Shown here in pieces: positions 11,301 through 21,141 of a stretch of DNA of 64,000 nucleotides. Position 1 is the first letter of the stretch. Every line of letters starts with the position of its first letter. The position numbers and the translations under genes were made by a program. The notes under the pieces were generated by a model. It was not told where the DNA came from, searched no databases, and saw nothing but the letters and a program-made list of their open reading frames with translations. This DNA is from Caulobacterales bacterium (GTDB lineage Bacteria; Pseudomonadota; Alphaproteobacteria; Caulobacterales; Caulobacteraceae), in contig JBBRPN010000002.1 of NCBI GenBank assembly GCA_038227925.1, forward strand, positions 12,214 through 76,213, read 5' to 3'.

Positions 11301-11556
11301 CGACGTTGGTGGTGCCCTGCAGCTTGATGTCCTGCGCGTTCACCGTGGTGATCGGGCTGACGCTGGTCAGATTTGGGCGGGGGATCCGCGAGCCGGTGAC
11401 CACGAACTCGGTGACGTTGGTGGTGCCATTTTCGGCCACGGCCGTCGGAGCGGGCGCGGTCTGGGCCAGAGCGCCGGGCGCCGAGAGGGCGGCCAGGGCG
11501 ACGCCGGTAATCATGGACGACGCCATCAGGCGGGCGCGCACGGTGGATTTGGTCAA
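8386..11556 (-). CDS. TonB-dependent receptor, Cys-rich subtype
   Basis: Signal peptide, TonB box EFVVTGSRI, plug motifs (VDLRGLG, TLVLIDGKR, IERVEVLTGGASAVYGSDAVAGVVNFI) and a C-terminal Phe. TTG 11556 has GGAGG about 8 nt upstream. Confidence 0.92.
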   Translation of the reverse strand: MTKSTVRARLMASSMITGVALAALSAPGALAQTAPAPTAVAENGTTNVTEFVVTGSRIPRPNLTSVSPITTVNAQDIKLQGTTNVEDLINNLPQAFADFGQFESNGSSGTATVDLRGLGNTRTLVLIDGKRVQPGDPLVPVADLNFIPAPLIERVEVLTGGASAVYGSDAVAGVVNFIMKRNFQGLQIDAESSIGEHNNSNRQVRDASAAGAKSIGFPPLTFPSGTVWTGNRNTVTITGGANSPDDKGNVEFYMAYTSIQPVLEAKYDWSTCGLATDTSYTKLQYCGGSSTDATGRISPTSPLAGANFGHSFDILLPPVGGVLQPFSNGQRYNFAPLNYIQRPDIRYNAGEFSHYEINPMVDLYSSFMFMDDHTVAQIAPSGSFYADRNFNIPCNDPLLSSAQANTLCGAAAGTDAVTTALIGRRNIEGPGRTSDIEHQDYRVVFGSKGDLGSGWTYDISGQYGKSVLTSITGGYFLYSHLLNALDVVTAPAGLPNAGQPVCVSALPGGADPKCVPYNLWSPGGVTPAALNYLDGTGISTGYTTQQVVTGSIAGDLGQYGMKSPWATEGAGVSIGAEYRREYLQTRFDSSIQSGDLAGAGGSIPDTTGSQSDKDVFGEVRIPLIQNMPAFKDLTFEGGYRYSDYTSGGGNSTYKLGLDWQIVPDFKLRGSYERAVRAPNVQELFLPVSPGLVVGTDPCAGGAPSFTAAQCANTFQKNFPALTAAQILADITSTGSAGNPINPNPGAVPVYGNITQCISGQCGDLAGGNPNLTPETGKTWSVGAVFIPTFFHGLSVTVDYFNVTVDHAIVTLPLPLIFQQCAVNGDPTYCNLISRYSVNSYGIFGGLGLGSVFTPLVNVGSLKTSGIDVNADYRLSLADMHMPDVGSLDLNFTGTWVHDLKTTILASGTGGVSSTTYDCAGLYGLTCGTPTPKWRHQFRVSWNTPWNLTLSANWRYLSPTTLDINTNQPGLQNGLKDKFPSDARIPSFSYFDLAFTYKLKDRYTFRGGVNNVFDRTPPLLDTNSFGISGPPFGNANTYPQVFDPLGRVLFLGLTADF

Positions 11557-11719
11557 GTCGTGGTCCTCCAAACAACCGCGCAACGCCGCCCGTTGAGCGA
11601 CGCTTGGGTTGCAAGCGTGAATGGTCCCGGGCCAAAGCCCCCCGGTTGAGCGATTGGTAGCGGCGCGGGGGCGACTCGGTCAACGCCGTTTGTGGCCCGG
11701 CGACATGATCGCCGCCCCC

Positions 11720-11737
11720 CTGTCACTTTACGGTCAC
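11720..11737 (+). promoter_or_regulatory. Pho-box-like direct repeat
   Basis: CTGTCAC-TTTA-CGGTCAC, an 11-bp periodic repeat resembling the PhoB consensus CTGTCAY-N4-CTGTCAY, in the divergent intergenic region. Confidence 0.5.
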
Positions 11738-11866
11738 AGATGGCGCGACGAAATGGCGCGGAGATTGGCCGCCGGTCGCGGCCGGGCGCGATCTGTTCTA
11801 TGGATCGCTCAGAGGCGGCAAGATGGGGATGCGGCGATGACACGATTGGGGCGGTTCGATGCGCCT

Positions 11867-12008
11867 TCCTCCCTTCCCTTCATGGGGAGGGTGGATGCGA
11901 GCGCTTGCGAGCAGACCGGTGTGGCTTGGCGGCGAGGCGATTTGCCGTCGCGCCACCCGATCCCGCTCGGCTTTGCCGAGTCTCCCTCCCCACGCGGGGG
12001 AGGGAGGA
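11867..12008. repeat. CIR/RIME-like palindromic intergenic repeat
   Basis: Terminal arms TCCTCCCTTCCC...GGGGAGGGAGGA with internal hairpins. Near-copies at 39338, 49626 and 63442. Confidence 0.8.
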
Positions 12009-12529
12009 TGGCGTTCTTGCCGACGGCAGTCACCCTTATGATGGCGGCTTCGGGCGCCCTCGCGGCGCCCCCCGCCGCTCCCGGCCGGGAGCCGGCGGTG
12101 CAGATGGTGCTGGACTGCCAGAAGATCGCCGACGGCGCCCAGCGCCTGGCCTGTTTCGATTCGGCGGTGGCGGCGATGGCGCAAGCCGAGACGACGGGCG
12201 ACCTGGTCACCATCGACCGCGCCCAGCGGCGGGCCGCCCGTCACCAGGCCTTCGGTCTCGCCCTGCCCTCCCTGGCCTTCCTCGATCGCGGCGAGAAGTC
12301 CGAGGAGGCGGACCGCATCACCGCCAAGGTCGCGGCGGCCTCGCTCAATCCCTATGGCAAATGGATCGTCAAGCTCGACGACGGCGCGGTGTGGCGCCAG
12401 ACCGACGATAACGAGATTTTGCGCCCGCCCCACCCCGGCTCGACAGTGGAAATCCGCAAGGCGATGCTGGGCAGCTTCACCATGAAGGTTGATGGGCAGT
12501 TCGCGGTCCGGGTTCATCGCGACAATTGA
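12008..12529 (+). CDS. Secreted hypothetical protein with a C-x-x-I-x-D-x-x-x-RLACFD motif
   Basis: Signal peptide (MAFLPTAVTLMMAASGALAA), a Cys pair and a beta-rich C-terminus. The ORF-track extension from 11621 runs through the repeat and is not credible. Confidence 0.7.
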   Translation: MAFLPTAVTLMMAASGALAAPPAAPGREPAVQMVLDCQKIADGAQRLACFDSAVAAMAQAETTGDLVTIDRAQRRAARHQAFGLALPSLAFLDRGEKSEEADRITAKVAAASLNPYGKWIVKLDDGAVWRQTDDNEILRPPHPGSTVEIRKAMLGSFTMKVDGQFAVRVHRDN

Positions 12530-12538
12530 AGTGCGGCC

Positions 12539-12949
12539 ATGACCGATTTCCGCTTTGTGACCGACGATTTCGCGGTCAGTCCGCAGATATCCGCCGCCGA
12601 CGTGGCCGTGGCGGCGGGGCGGGGTTTCAGCCTGATCGTCAACAACCGGCCGGACGGCGAGGCGCCGGGCCAGCCCGCCGGCGCGGCCATCGAGGCGGCG
12701 GCCCGCGCCGCGGGCCTGGACTATATCCATATCCCCGTGAGCGGCGCCCCGACCTCGTCGCAGGTGGAAGCGGTGCGTACCGCGGTTGAGGGAGCTTCCG
12801 GCAAGGTGCTGGCCTATTGCCGATCGGGAACGCGCTCTGTGGTCACCTGGGCGTTGGGCCAGGCCACCGACGGGAAGATGGGCGCGACCGATATTGTGCG
12901 GCGAGGCGCGGCCGCCGGCTACGATCTTTCTGCGCTGTTGTCGGCTTAG
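12539..12949 (+). CDS. TIGR01244/DUF442 family phosphatase-like sulfur transferase
   Basis: AVSPQI, IVNNRPDGEAPGQP and the CX5R loop LAYCRSGTRS. Confidence 0.85.
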   Translation: MTDFRFVTDDFAVSPQISAADVAVAAGRGFSLIVNNRPDGEAPGQPAGAAIEAAARAAGLDYIHIPVSGAPTSSQVEAVRTAVEGASGKVLAYCRSGTRSVVTWALGQATDGKMGATDIVRRGAAAGYDLSALLSA

Positions 12950-13083
12950 TCGTCGGCCCGGTCGCGAACCTAGAGCCCGATGACTTTGGACCGAAGAAAT
13001 CGGAAGCCTGAATCGGGCTCTAAATGTTTGAATCGACGAGCAAAATTCAGGGTCGAGATGACTCCATCTCGACCCATCTTGCT

Positions 13084-13392
13084 CTAGCCACCGGGGCGGT
13101 TGATCTGGCGGCCCTGCATGATGATCGTCGCCGCGGCGCTGTCGCGGGACATCTGCTCCCACTGCGCCCGCGTGTAGCACGTCCTGTGGCCTTCGAGCCT
13201 GCTGCCGGTCGTCTCTTCATGCTTGCAGATCACCTGATTGGGGTCGTGGCTGTTCTTGGCGGACTGGACGGGGGCCGGTTGGGTAGCCGCCTCGGCGGGA
13301 ACCGCCGCGCTGGTGGATTGGGCCTGGGCCGAGATGGCCGCCGAAGAGAACAACAGGGCGGCGGCCATGGCCGCGAACTTGGGAGTGGTCAC
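13084..13392 (-). CDS. Small secreted hypothetical protein (DPNQVICK...TGSRL...RTCYTRAQWE)
   Basis: GTG 13392 with an AGAGG SD-like sequence, a signal peptide and a two-Cys motif. Confidence 0.7.
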   Translation of the reverse strand: MTTPKFAAMAAALLFSSAAISAQAQSTSAAVPAEAATQPAPVQSAKNSHDPNQVICKHEETTGSRLEGHRTCYTRAQWEQMSRDSAAATIIMQGRQINRPGG

Positions 13393-13474
13393 GAAATTCA
13401 CCTCTTGGAATGATCCCATACTATTGCCGAATGGGCCTTGCGGCGCAAGCGCCCCTGAGGCTCTGATGGCGCCC

Positions 13475-14365
13475 ATGATCCCCTATGTTCGCGAGCTCGC
13501 GTTCGAATACGGCCGCCCCGACCAGGTCTCGCCGCTGATCCGGCGGGTGATCGCCAACAATCCCGGGCCCTTCACCTATCTGGGGACGGGGACCTATATC
13601 GTCGGCGCCGGCGAGGTGGCGGTGATCGATCCCGGGCCGGACATGGCCGATCATCTGGCTGCGATCCTGGCCGCCACGGCGGGCGAGCGGGTGAGCCATA
13701 TCCTCATCACCCACCACCACCTCGACCACTCCCCCCTGGCCCGGCCCCTGGCGGCGGCGACCGGGGCGGCGATCTACGGCTGCGCGGTGGCGGCCCGGCC
13801 GACGCGTGGCGAAGTGGATCTGGAGGCCGGCCACGACCCTTTCACGCCGGACGTCTCGGTGTGCGGCGGGGCGACCGTCGCGGGAAAGGGCTGGACTCTG
13901 GAGGCCATTCCCACCCCCGGCCACACCTCAAACCACATCTGCTATGGGCTCGCGCAAGAAAACGCCCTGTTCAGCGGCGATCACATCATGGGCTGGTCGA
14001 CCACCGTGATCGCCCCGCCCGACGGCGACATGGGCGACTATCTGGCCAGCCTGGAACTTATCAAGGCGCGGCGGTTCTCCACCCTGTGGCCGACCCACGG
14101 CCCGCCGGTCACCGACGTCGGGCCGTTCATCGACGCCTATATCGAACATCGCCGGGAACGCGAACGCCAGATTCTGGCGCGTCTGGCGGCGGGGAACGCG
14201 CGGATCAGCGTCATGGTCCCGACCCTCTACGCCGCCGTCGATCGCCGCCTCTGGCCGGCGGCGGCCCATTCGGTGCTGGCCCAGATGATCGAACTGGTGA
14301 AGTCGGGGCGCGTGGCCTGCGAGGGGACGCCGGGGCTGGAAAGCGACTACCGGCTGGCGGGGTAG
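13475..14365 (+). CDS. MBL-fold metallo-hydrolase (LACTB2-like, winged-helix C-terminus)
   Basis: NNPGPFT, THHHLDH, TPGHTSNH, FSGDHIMG and PTHGP. The start may be 13466. Confidence 0.9.
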   Translation: MIPYVRELAFEYGRPDQVSPLIRRVIANNPGPFTYLGTGTYIVGAGEVAVIDPGPDMADHLAAILAATAGERVSHILITHHHLDHSPLARPLAAATGAAIYGCAVAARPTRGEVDLEAGHDPFTPDVSVCGGATVAGKGWTLEAIPTPGHTSNHICYGLAQENALFSGDHIMGWSTTVIAPPDGDMGDYLASLELIKARRFSTLWPTHGPPVTDVGPFIDAYIEHRRERERQILARLAAGNARISVMVPTLYAAVDRRLWPAAAHSVLAQMIELVKSGRVACEGTPGLESDYRLAG

Positions 14366-14384
14366 AGCGTCGGGCTCTCTCCGC

Positions 14385-14681
14385 CTAATCCTCGAATTCA
14401 TTCGCGGTCACGTCGCGAGCGCCGTCGAGGATGCGCTCAATTCGAATCTCCCGAGGGTGAACTGAATAGAAAATGGAATACCGGGGGTGGACGGCGCGGC
14501 GGATCGTTGCGCCAATCGTCGGTTGGAGCTGGAATGCTTCGGGCGCATGGCCGATCCGCGCGCACGTTTCCCGAAGCTCATCGACAAACGAAACAGCCCG
14601 CCTGGGACTGTCGCGGGCGATGTAGTCGCCGATCTCCTCCAGGTCGCTCTCGGCCTTTGGCGAGAAGCGAACAGGCTTCAT
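14385..14681 (-). CDS. parE: ParE/RelE family toxin
   Basis: FSPKAESDLEEIGDYIARDSP...YSIFY...IERILDGARD. Overlaps the antitoxin stop. Confidence 0.85.
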   Translation of the reverse strand: MKPVRFSPKAESDLEEIGDYIARDSPRRAVSFVDELRETCARIGHAPEAFQLQPTIGATIRRAVHPRYSIFYSVHPREIRIERILDGARDVTANEFED

Positions 14682-14953
14682 TCCACGCCCTGATCCATGG
14701 CGCCGTATTTCGCCCGCAGCCGAGCGAACACGGTGCCCGCGTCAATGGAGGGGCCGCTGGCCACTCCTTCATTCACCATGCGGCGCAGTTCATCGATCTC
14801 GAGCGAAGCGCGCTGTCGCTTGTGCTTCCAATCGCGCATTGCGTCCCGGACGACCTCGCTCGTCGTGGCGTATTCGCCGGATTCCACGGCGGACTTGATT
14901 CCGGAAATCATTTCCCTTGGCAGGGCGATGCTGATTTTTTCGACGTTTGACAC
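14678..14953 (-). CDS. parD: ParD-type ribbon-helix-helix antitoxin
   Basis: GTG 14953. KISIALP...VESGEYATTSEVVRDAMRDW...LRRMVNEGVASG. Confidence 0.85.
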   Translation of the reverse strand: MSNVEKISIALPREMISGIKSAVESGEYATTSEVVRDAMRDWKHKRQRASLEIDELRRMVNEGVASGPSIDAGTVFARLRAKYGAMDQGVE

Positions 14954-14973
14954 GGGGCCTCCGAAGTTTCGTT

Positions 14974-14992
14974 GGTAGCAAATATTGCTACC
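14974..14992. promoter_or_regulatory. Perfect palindrome, likely the ParD autoregulatory operator
   Basis: GGTAGCAA-ATA-TTGCTACC, about 20 nt upstream of the parD start. Confidence 0.65.
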
Positions 14993-15023
14993 TTGTGCAA
15001 GCGGGCCACGGCCAGCTTCCGGC

Positions 15024-16655
<1,632 letters not shown>

Positions 16656-16680
16656 GAACGCCCTCCCCTTCGTCGCACCT

Positions 16681-17337
16681 TCACGGATACAACCACTTGG
16701 TCGCCCAGCCAGAGCCGCCGCGCTCGAACATCAGCCGCTCGTGCAACCGAAAGGGCCGGTTGCGCCAGAACTCGATGGCGGTCGGCTTGACCCGATACCC
16801 CGACCAGTGCGGCGGCCGCGGAACCTTCCCCAGACCGAACCTGAGGCCGAATCCGGCCACCCGCTTTTCCAGGGCGAAGGGGCCCGGCATCTCCGCCGAC
16901 TGGTCCGAGGCCCAGGCGCCGATCTGGGCGCCGCGGTCGCGGGTGGCGAAATAGGCGTCGGCCTCCGCCGCCGTCACCGGTGTCACCTCGCCGCGCACCC
17001 GTACCTGCCGGCGCAGGGACTTCCAGTGGAAGGTCAGGGCCGCCCTGGGGTTGGCGGCCAGCTCGCGGCCCTTGGCGCTGAGGGTATTGGTGAAGAACAC
17101 GAATCCGCCGGCATCGACGCCCTTGAGCAGCACCATGCGGCAGTCGGGCAGGCCGTCCTCGTCCACCGTGGCCAGGGCCATGGCGTTGGCGTCATTGGGT
17201 TCGGCCTTCACCGCCTCGCGCAGCCAGGCTTCGAAGAGAGCAATGGGATCACGCGCCTCGAGCGGGGCCGTCGCATCGACCGCCATGACATCGCTGTCTT
17301 CAGCCGGCGAGAGGGGAATGACAGGCGTGTCGTTCAT
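16681..17337 (-). CDS. pdxH: Pyridoxine/pyridoxamine 5'-phosphate oxidase
   Basis: [31 protein letters not shown] and [13 protein letters not shown]. Start approximate. Confidence 0.92.
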   Translation of the reverse strand: MNDTPVIPLSPAEDSDVMAVDATAPLEARDPIALFEAWLREAVKAEPNDANAMALATVDEDGLPDCRMVLLKGVDAGGFVFFTNTLSAKGRELAANPRAALTFHWKSLRRQVRVRGEVTPVTAAEADAYFATRDRGAQIGAWASDQSAEMPGPFALEKRVAGFGLRFGLGKVPRPPHWSGYRVKPTAIEFWRNRPFRLHERLMFERGGSGWATKWLYP

Positions 17338-17405
17338 GGCCATCGGTATAGAACAAGCGGCGCGCGTTTTCGATTGCCCGCGAAAATGCGTTACGGTCAC
17401 GCCCC

Positions 17406-18530
17406 ATGTCGCACAACACCTTCGGCCACCTGTTCCGCGTCACCACCTGGGGCGAGAGCCACGGGACAGCCTTGGGGTGCGTGATCGACGGCTGCCCGCC
17501 GGGCCTGCCGTTGACGGCGCAAGACATCCAGGTCTGGCTCGACCGGCGCCGGCCGGGCCAGGGGAAGTTCGTCACTCAGAGACAGGAACCGGACGCGGTC
17601 CGCATTCTGTCAGGCGTGTTCGAGGACGAACACACGGGCAGGCCCGTGACCACGGGCACGCCCATCTCCTTGATCATCGACAATATCGACCAGCGCCCGC
17701 GCGACTATGCCGAGATCGCCACCGCCTTCCGGCCCGGCCACGCCGACTGGCCCTATTTCGCCAAATACGGGGTGCGGGACTATCGCGGTGGCGGGCGGGC
17801 CTCGGCGCGTGAGACGGCGGCGCGGGTGGCGGCCGGGGCGGTGGCGCGTCTCATCCTGGGCGAGGCGGTGATCGTGCGCGGGGCCCTGGTCCAGATCGGA
17901 CCGCACGCGGTGGATCGCGGGCGCTGGGACTGGGGCCAGACCGGCGAGAACCCCTTCTGGGCGCCCGACGCCGGCATCGTCCCGGTTTGGGAGGAGCATC
18001 TGGAGGCGATCCGCAAGGCGGGCTCTTCCACCGGCGCGGTGGTGGAGGTCGAGGCGGCCGGCGTTCCCGCCGGCGGGGGGGCGCCGGTCTACGGCAAGCT
18101 GGACGCCGAGCTGGCCGGCGCCCTGATGTCGATCAACGCCGCCAAGGGGGTGGAGATCGGCGCGGGCTTCGCCGCCGCCGCACTCACCGGCGAGGAGAAC
18201 GCCGACGAGATGCGAGCGGGCCAGGGCGGGCCGGTGTTTCTGGCCAATCAGGCGGGCGGCATATTGGGCGGGATTTCCACCGGCCAGAGCGTGGTCGCCC
18301 GCGTCGCCTTCAAGCCCACCTCCTCGATTCTCACGCCGCGCCTCTCCATCGACGAAGCGGGCGAGGAGATCGAGGTCCGCACCAAAGGCCGCCACGACCC
18401 CTGCGTCGGCATCCGCGCCGTGCCGGTTGTGGAAGCCATGACCGCCTGCGTCCTTGCCGACGCCTTCCTGCGCCATCGCGGCCAGACCGGCGGCGGCGCC
18501 TTCGCCCCCGGCTCGCGTGAGCATAGGTAG
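17406..18530 (+). CDS. aroC: Chorismate synthase
   Basis: [32 protein letters not shown] and GRHDPCV. Confidence 0.96.
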   Translation: MSHNTFGHLFRVTTWGESHGTALGCVIDGCPPGLPLTAQDIQVWLDRRRPGQGKFVTQRQEPDAVRILSGVFEDEHTGRPVTTGTPISLIIDNIDQRPRDYAEIATAFRPGHADWPYFAKYGVRDYRGGGRASARETAARVAAGAVARLILGEAVIVRGALVQIGPHAVDRGRWDWGQTGENPFWAPDAGIVPVWEEHLEAIRKAGSSTGAVVEVEAAGVPAGGGAPVYGKLDAELAGALMSINAAKGVEIGAGFAAAALTGEENADEMRAGQGGPVFLANQAGGILGGISTGQSVVARVAFKPTSSILTPRLSIDEAGEEIEVRTKGRHDPCVGIRAVPVVEAMTACVLADAFLRHRGQTGGGAFAPGSREHR

Positions 18531-18566
18531 GTGGAGACCACGGCTAACCAACACGGAGACCAGAAC

Positions 18567-19367
18567 ATGCGTCATCCCTTGCGGAGCACCGCTATCCACC
18601 GGCGAATCGCCGCTTTGAGCACGCCGGGGGCGCCCCGCTGGCCGACCTACGGCGGCGTCTCCAAGCTGGTGGGAACCAGCTCTTCCGGCCGGGTAAGGGT
18701 TTTCGTCGATCCGTCGCTGGGCGGGCCGGGGCTCGAGAACGCCCAGGCCCTGCTGGCTGACGCCGACCGCGTGGCGGCGGCCAACGATGCTCTGTTCAGA
18801 ACCGTCGGCGGCCCGGTCGCGGTGATCGTCTTCGCCCTGGGCGGGGTCACCGACGGAACCGGCGGGGCCGACCACGACGGCTGCGACTATGTCAGCGGCG
18901 CGGCGATCGAGGTGTGCGCCTCGTTCGGCAAATCGGCCCGGGTGTCGGCGCTGTTCGAGGCGGAACTGAGCGAATGCTCCATGGGCGGCAACCTCTGCGG
19001 CGCCAGCACCGGCGAAGCCCTGTCGCGCTGGTGCGCCGAGACGCTTGAGAAAGGCGCCTTGAACGATTTCGCCAGCGCCCCCCAATGGGCGGCGGACGGC
19101 ATGGCCAACTGGGTGGACCAGGTGGAGCCCACCGATCAGAATACGGACAGCACCGGCTGTGGCATGGCCTTCATTTCCTGGCTGAAGAGCCGGGGGCAGG
19201 GGCTGGACAAGATCGCCCAGGCCATGGTCGCGGCCGGCGAGCGCGGCACGCTGGCCCAGCTCTACGCTCACCTGACCTCGGACGGCGCGAGCAACGCGTG
19301 GCCGAAATTCCAGGCGGCGGTCAAGGCGCTGCCGGGCGGGGTGAACAGCGACGACCCGTTCCGCTGA
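18567..19367 (+). CDS. Hypothetical Cys-containing protein with a degenerate zincin-like motif
   Basis: ATG 18567 after a GGAG SD-like sequence, coding-like GC bias. EAELSE...GEALSRW spacing resembles gluzincin HExxH...E. Confidence 0.65.
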   Translation: MRHPLRSTAIHRRIAALSTPGAPRWPTYGGVSKLVGTSSSGRVRVFVDPSLGGPGLENAQALLADADRVAAANDALFRTVGGPVAVIVFALGGVTDGTGGADHDGCDYVSGAAIEVCASFGKSARVSALFEAELSECSMGGNLCGASTGEALSRWCAETLEKGALNDFASAPQWAADGMANWVDQVEPTDQNTDSTGCGMAFISWLKSRGQGLDKIAQAMVAAGERGTLAQLYAHLTSDGASNAWPKFQAAVKALPGGVNSDDPFR

Positions 19368-19437
19368 GGCCGGCCGACGAGTTTGCGGTCGGGGGATTGG
19401 CGACTATCTCTTGGCGCCCTCGCCCGGAGAAACCCCC

Positions 19438-20136
19438 ATGATCGAGCGCCGCCCCGCCGGCCAACTCGGCCGGTTTCAAAATGACTGGTTGAACGCCCGC
19501 TATCACTTTTCCTTCGCGGGGTGGCGCGACCCCAGCCGCATGGGCTGGGGCGATCTTCTGGTATGGAACGACGACGAGATCGCGGCGGGGACCGGCTTCC
19601 CGCCCCACGGCCACGCAGACATGGAGATCGTCACCTATGTCCGCCGCGGCGCCATCACCCATCGCGACAGCCTGGGCAACACCGGCCGCACCGCCGCTGG
19701 CGACGTGCAGGTGATGAGCGCCGGATCGGGTATCCAGCACGCCGAGCACAACGCCGAGAACGAGACTACGACCCTGTTCCAAATCTGGATCCAGCCGAGC
19801 ACGCGGGGCGGCGCGCCATCGTGGGGGGCGAGAGCCTTTCCCAAGGGCGACCGGGCGGGCGGCTTGGTGGCCCTGGCCAGCGGCCGGCCCGGCGACGGCG
19901 ACGCCCTGCCGCTGCGCGCCGACGCCCGGGTGCTGGGCGCCACCCTGAAGGCCGGCGACACCACGACCTACGATCTCTCGCCGGGCCGCCACGCCTATCT
20001 GGCGACGGCGGTCGGCCGGATCGAGGTCAACGGAGTTAATCTGGAGGCGCGCGACGGGGCGGCGATCGTCGATGAGCCCGTGTTGAACATCCGCGCCTTG
20101 GCCGACGCCGAGGTGGTGCTGGTGGAAACGCGGTAA
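19438..20136 (+). CDS. Pirin family protein (YhhW-like)
   Basis: HFSFA, WNDD, GFPPHGHADMEIVTYV, HRDSLGN, QVMSAGSGIQHAE and FQIWI. Confidence 0.92.
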   Translation: MIERRPAGQLGRFQNDWLNARYHFSFAGWRDPSRMGWGDLLVWNDDEIAAGTGFPPHGHADMEIVTYVRRGAITHRDSLGNTGRTAAGDVQVMSAGSGIQHAEHNAENETTTLFQIWIQPSTRGGAPSWGARAFPKGDRAGGLVALASGRPGDGDALPLRADARVLGATLKAGDTTTYDLSPGRHAYLATAVGRIEVNGVNLEARDGAAIVDEPVLNIRALADAEVVLVETR

Positions 20137-20151
20137 GGCGCGGCCTCTCTC

Positions 20152-20541
20152 TCAACACGCCAGTGCGCAGCTTTCGCCGACGGTCGGGCGGGAGACCGCG
20201 ATGCGGCAAAGGCTCGGAAAGCGGGACTTCAGGCGGCCGGCGAAGAACAGGCAGAGAGCCTCCAGGGTCGGGCTTTCGAGGCCGGGGTGATCGTTGAGCA
20301 GGGAATGGTCGAGTTCGCCGGCGACGGCCTTGAGGGCCTGATCCAGCGTGGCGAGATCGTCCACCCAGCCCACCGGCCCGGCCACCGGCCCGCGCAGGGT
20401 GGCCTCGACGCGGAAGGAATGACCGTGCAGGCGGGTGTACGGCCCTTCCGCCGCGCCCCCGGGCAGGCGATGGGCGGCGTCGAAGGCGGCGGCCTTGGTG
20501 ATCTCGAAGAGGGACCCTGGCATGGCGGCGGGACGGATCAC
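20152..20541 (-). CDS. queD: 6-carboxytetrahydropterin synthase
   Basis: FDAAHRL, LHGHSF, LDHSLLND and PTLE, in an operon with queCE. The start may be 20523. Confidence 0.85.
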   Translation of the reverse strand: MIRPAAMPGSLFEITKAAAFDAAHRLPGGAAEGPYTRLHGHSFRVEATLRGPVAGPVGWVDDLATLDQALKAVAGELDHSLLNDHPGLESPTLEALCLFFAGRLKSRFPSLCRIAVSRPTVGESCALAC

Positions 20542-21110
20542 GCTTTGAGGGTCGTTTCAATCCGCCGGTCGGGAACGAACCACATGGCGGCGACCAGGGC
20601 GTAGAGGGCGATGGCGATCCATGGGCGCACAAAGGCTACGCCGATGGCCGAGACGTAGAGCAGGAGGGTGACCTTCTCCTTCCAGCGCGAACCGGTGGCG
20701 GCCGCCAATCGGGCGTTGCCCTTCACGCCGATGATCGCCCGTTCCAGCACCGTGTAGGCGACGGCGGCCAGGGAGAGTACGCCGCCATAGGCCGCGGTGG
20801 GCAGGGCGGCAAAGCCGGTTTCATCCACCCAGCGGATCGCGAACGGAACCAGGGAGAGCCAGAAAAGCAGAAACAGATTGGCCCACAGGACCCGGCCATC
20901 GACCCGTTCGGTGGCGCTGAGCATATGATGGTGGTTGTTCCAGAACAGGCCGACGTTGGCGAAGCTCAAGGCGTAGGCGAGAAACACCGGCGCCCGCGCC
21001 GCCAGATCGGCGAGGCTGGCGCCGGCCGGGGTCTTCAATTCCAGGACCATAATGGTGATGATGATCGCGATCACCCCATCGCTGAACGCTTCGAGGCGCT
21101 GCTTTTCCAT
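20538..21110 (-). CDS. TMEM175 family (DUF1211) potassium channel
   Basis: RLEAFSDGVIAIIITIMVLEL, WNNHHH and about six TM helices. Confidence 0.9.
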   Translation of the reverse strand: MEKQRLEAFSDGVIAIIITIMVLELKTPAGASLADLAARAPVFLAYALSFANVGLFWNNHHHMLSATERVDGRVLWANLFLLFWLSLVPFAIRWVDETGFAALPTAAYGGVLSLAAVAYTVLERAIIGVKGNARLAAATGSRWKEKVTLLLYVSAIGVAFVRPWIAIALYALVAAMWFVPDRRIETTLKA

Positions 21111-21141
21111 CAGGGGGCTTTCACGCCTCGACGCCGGCCGA

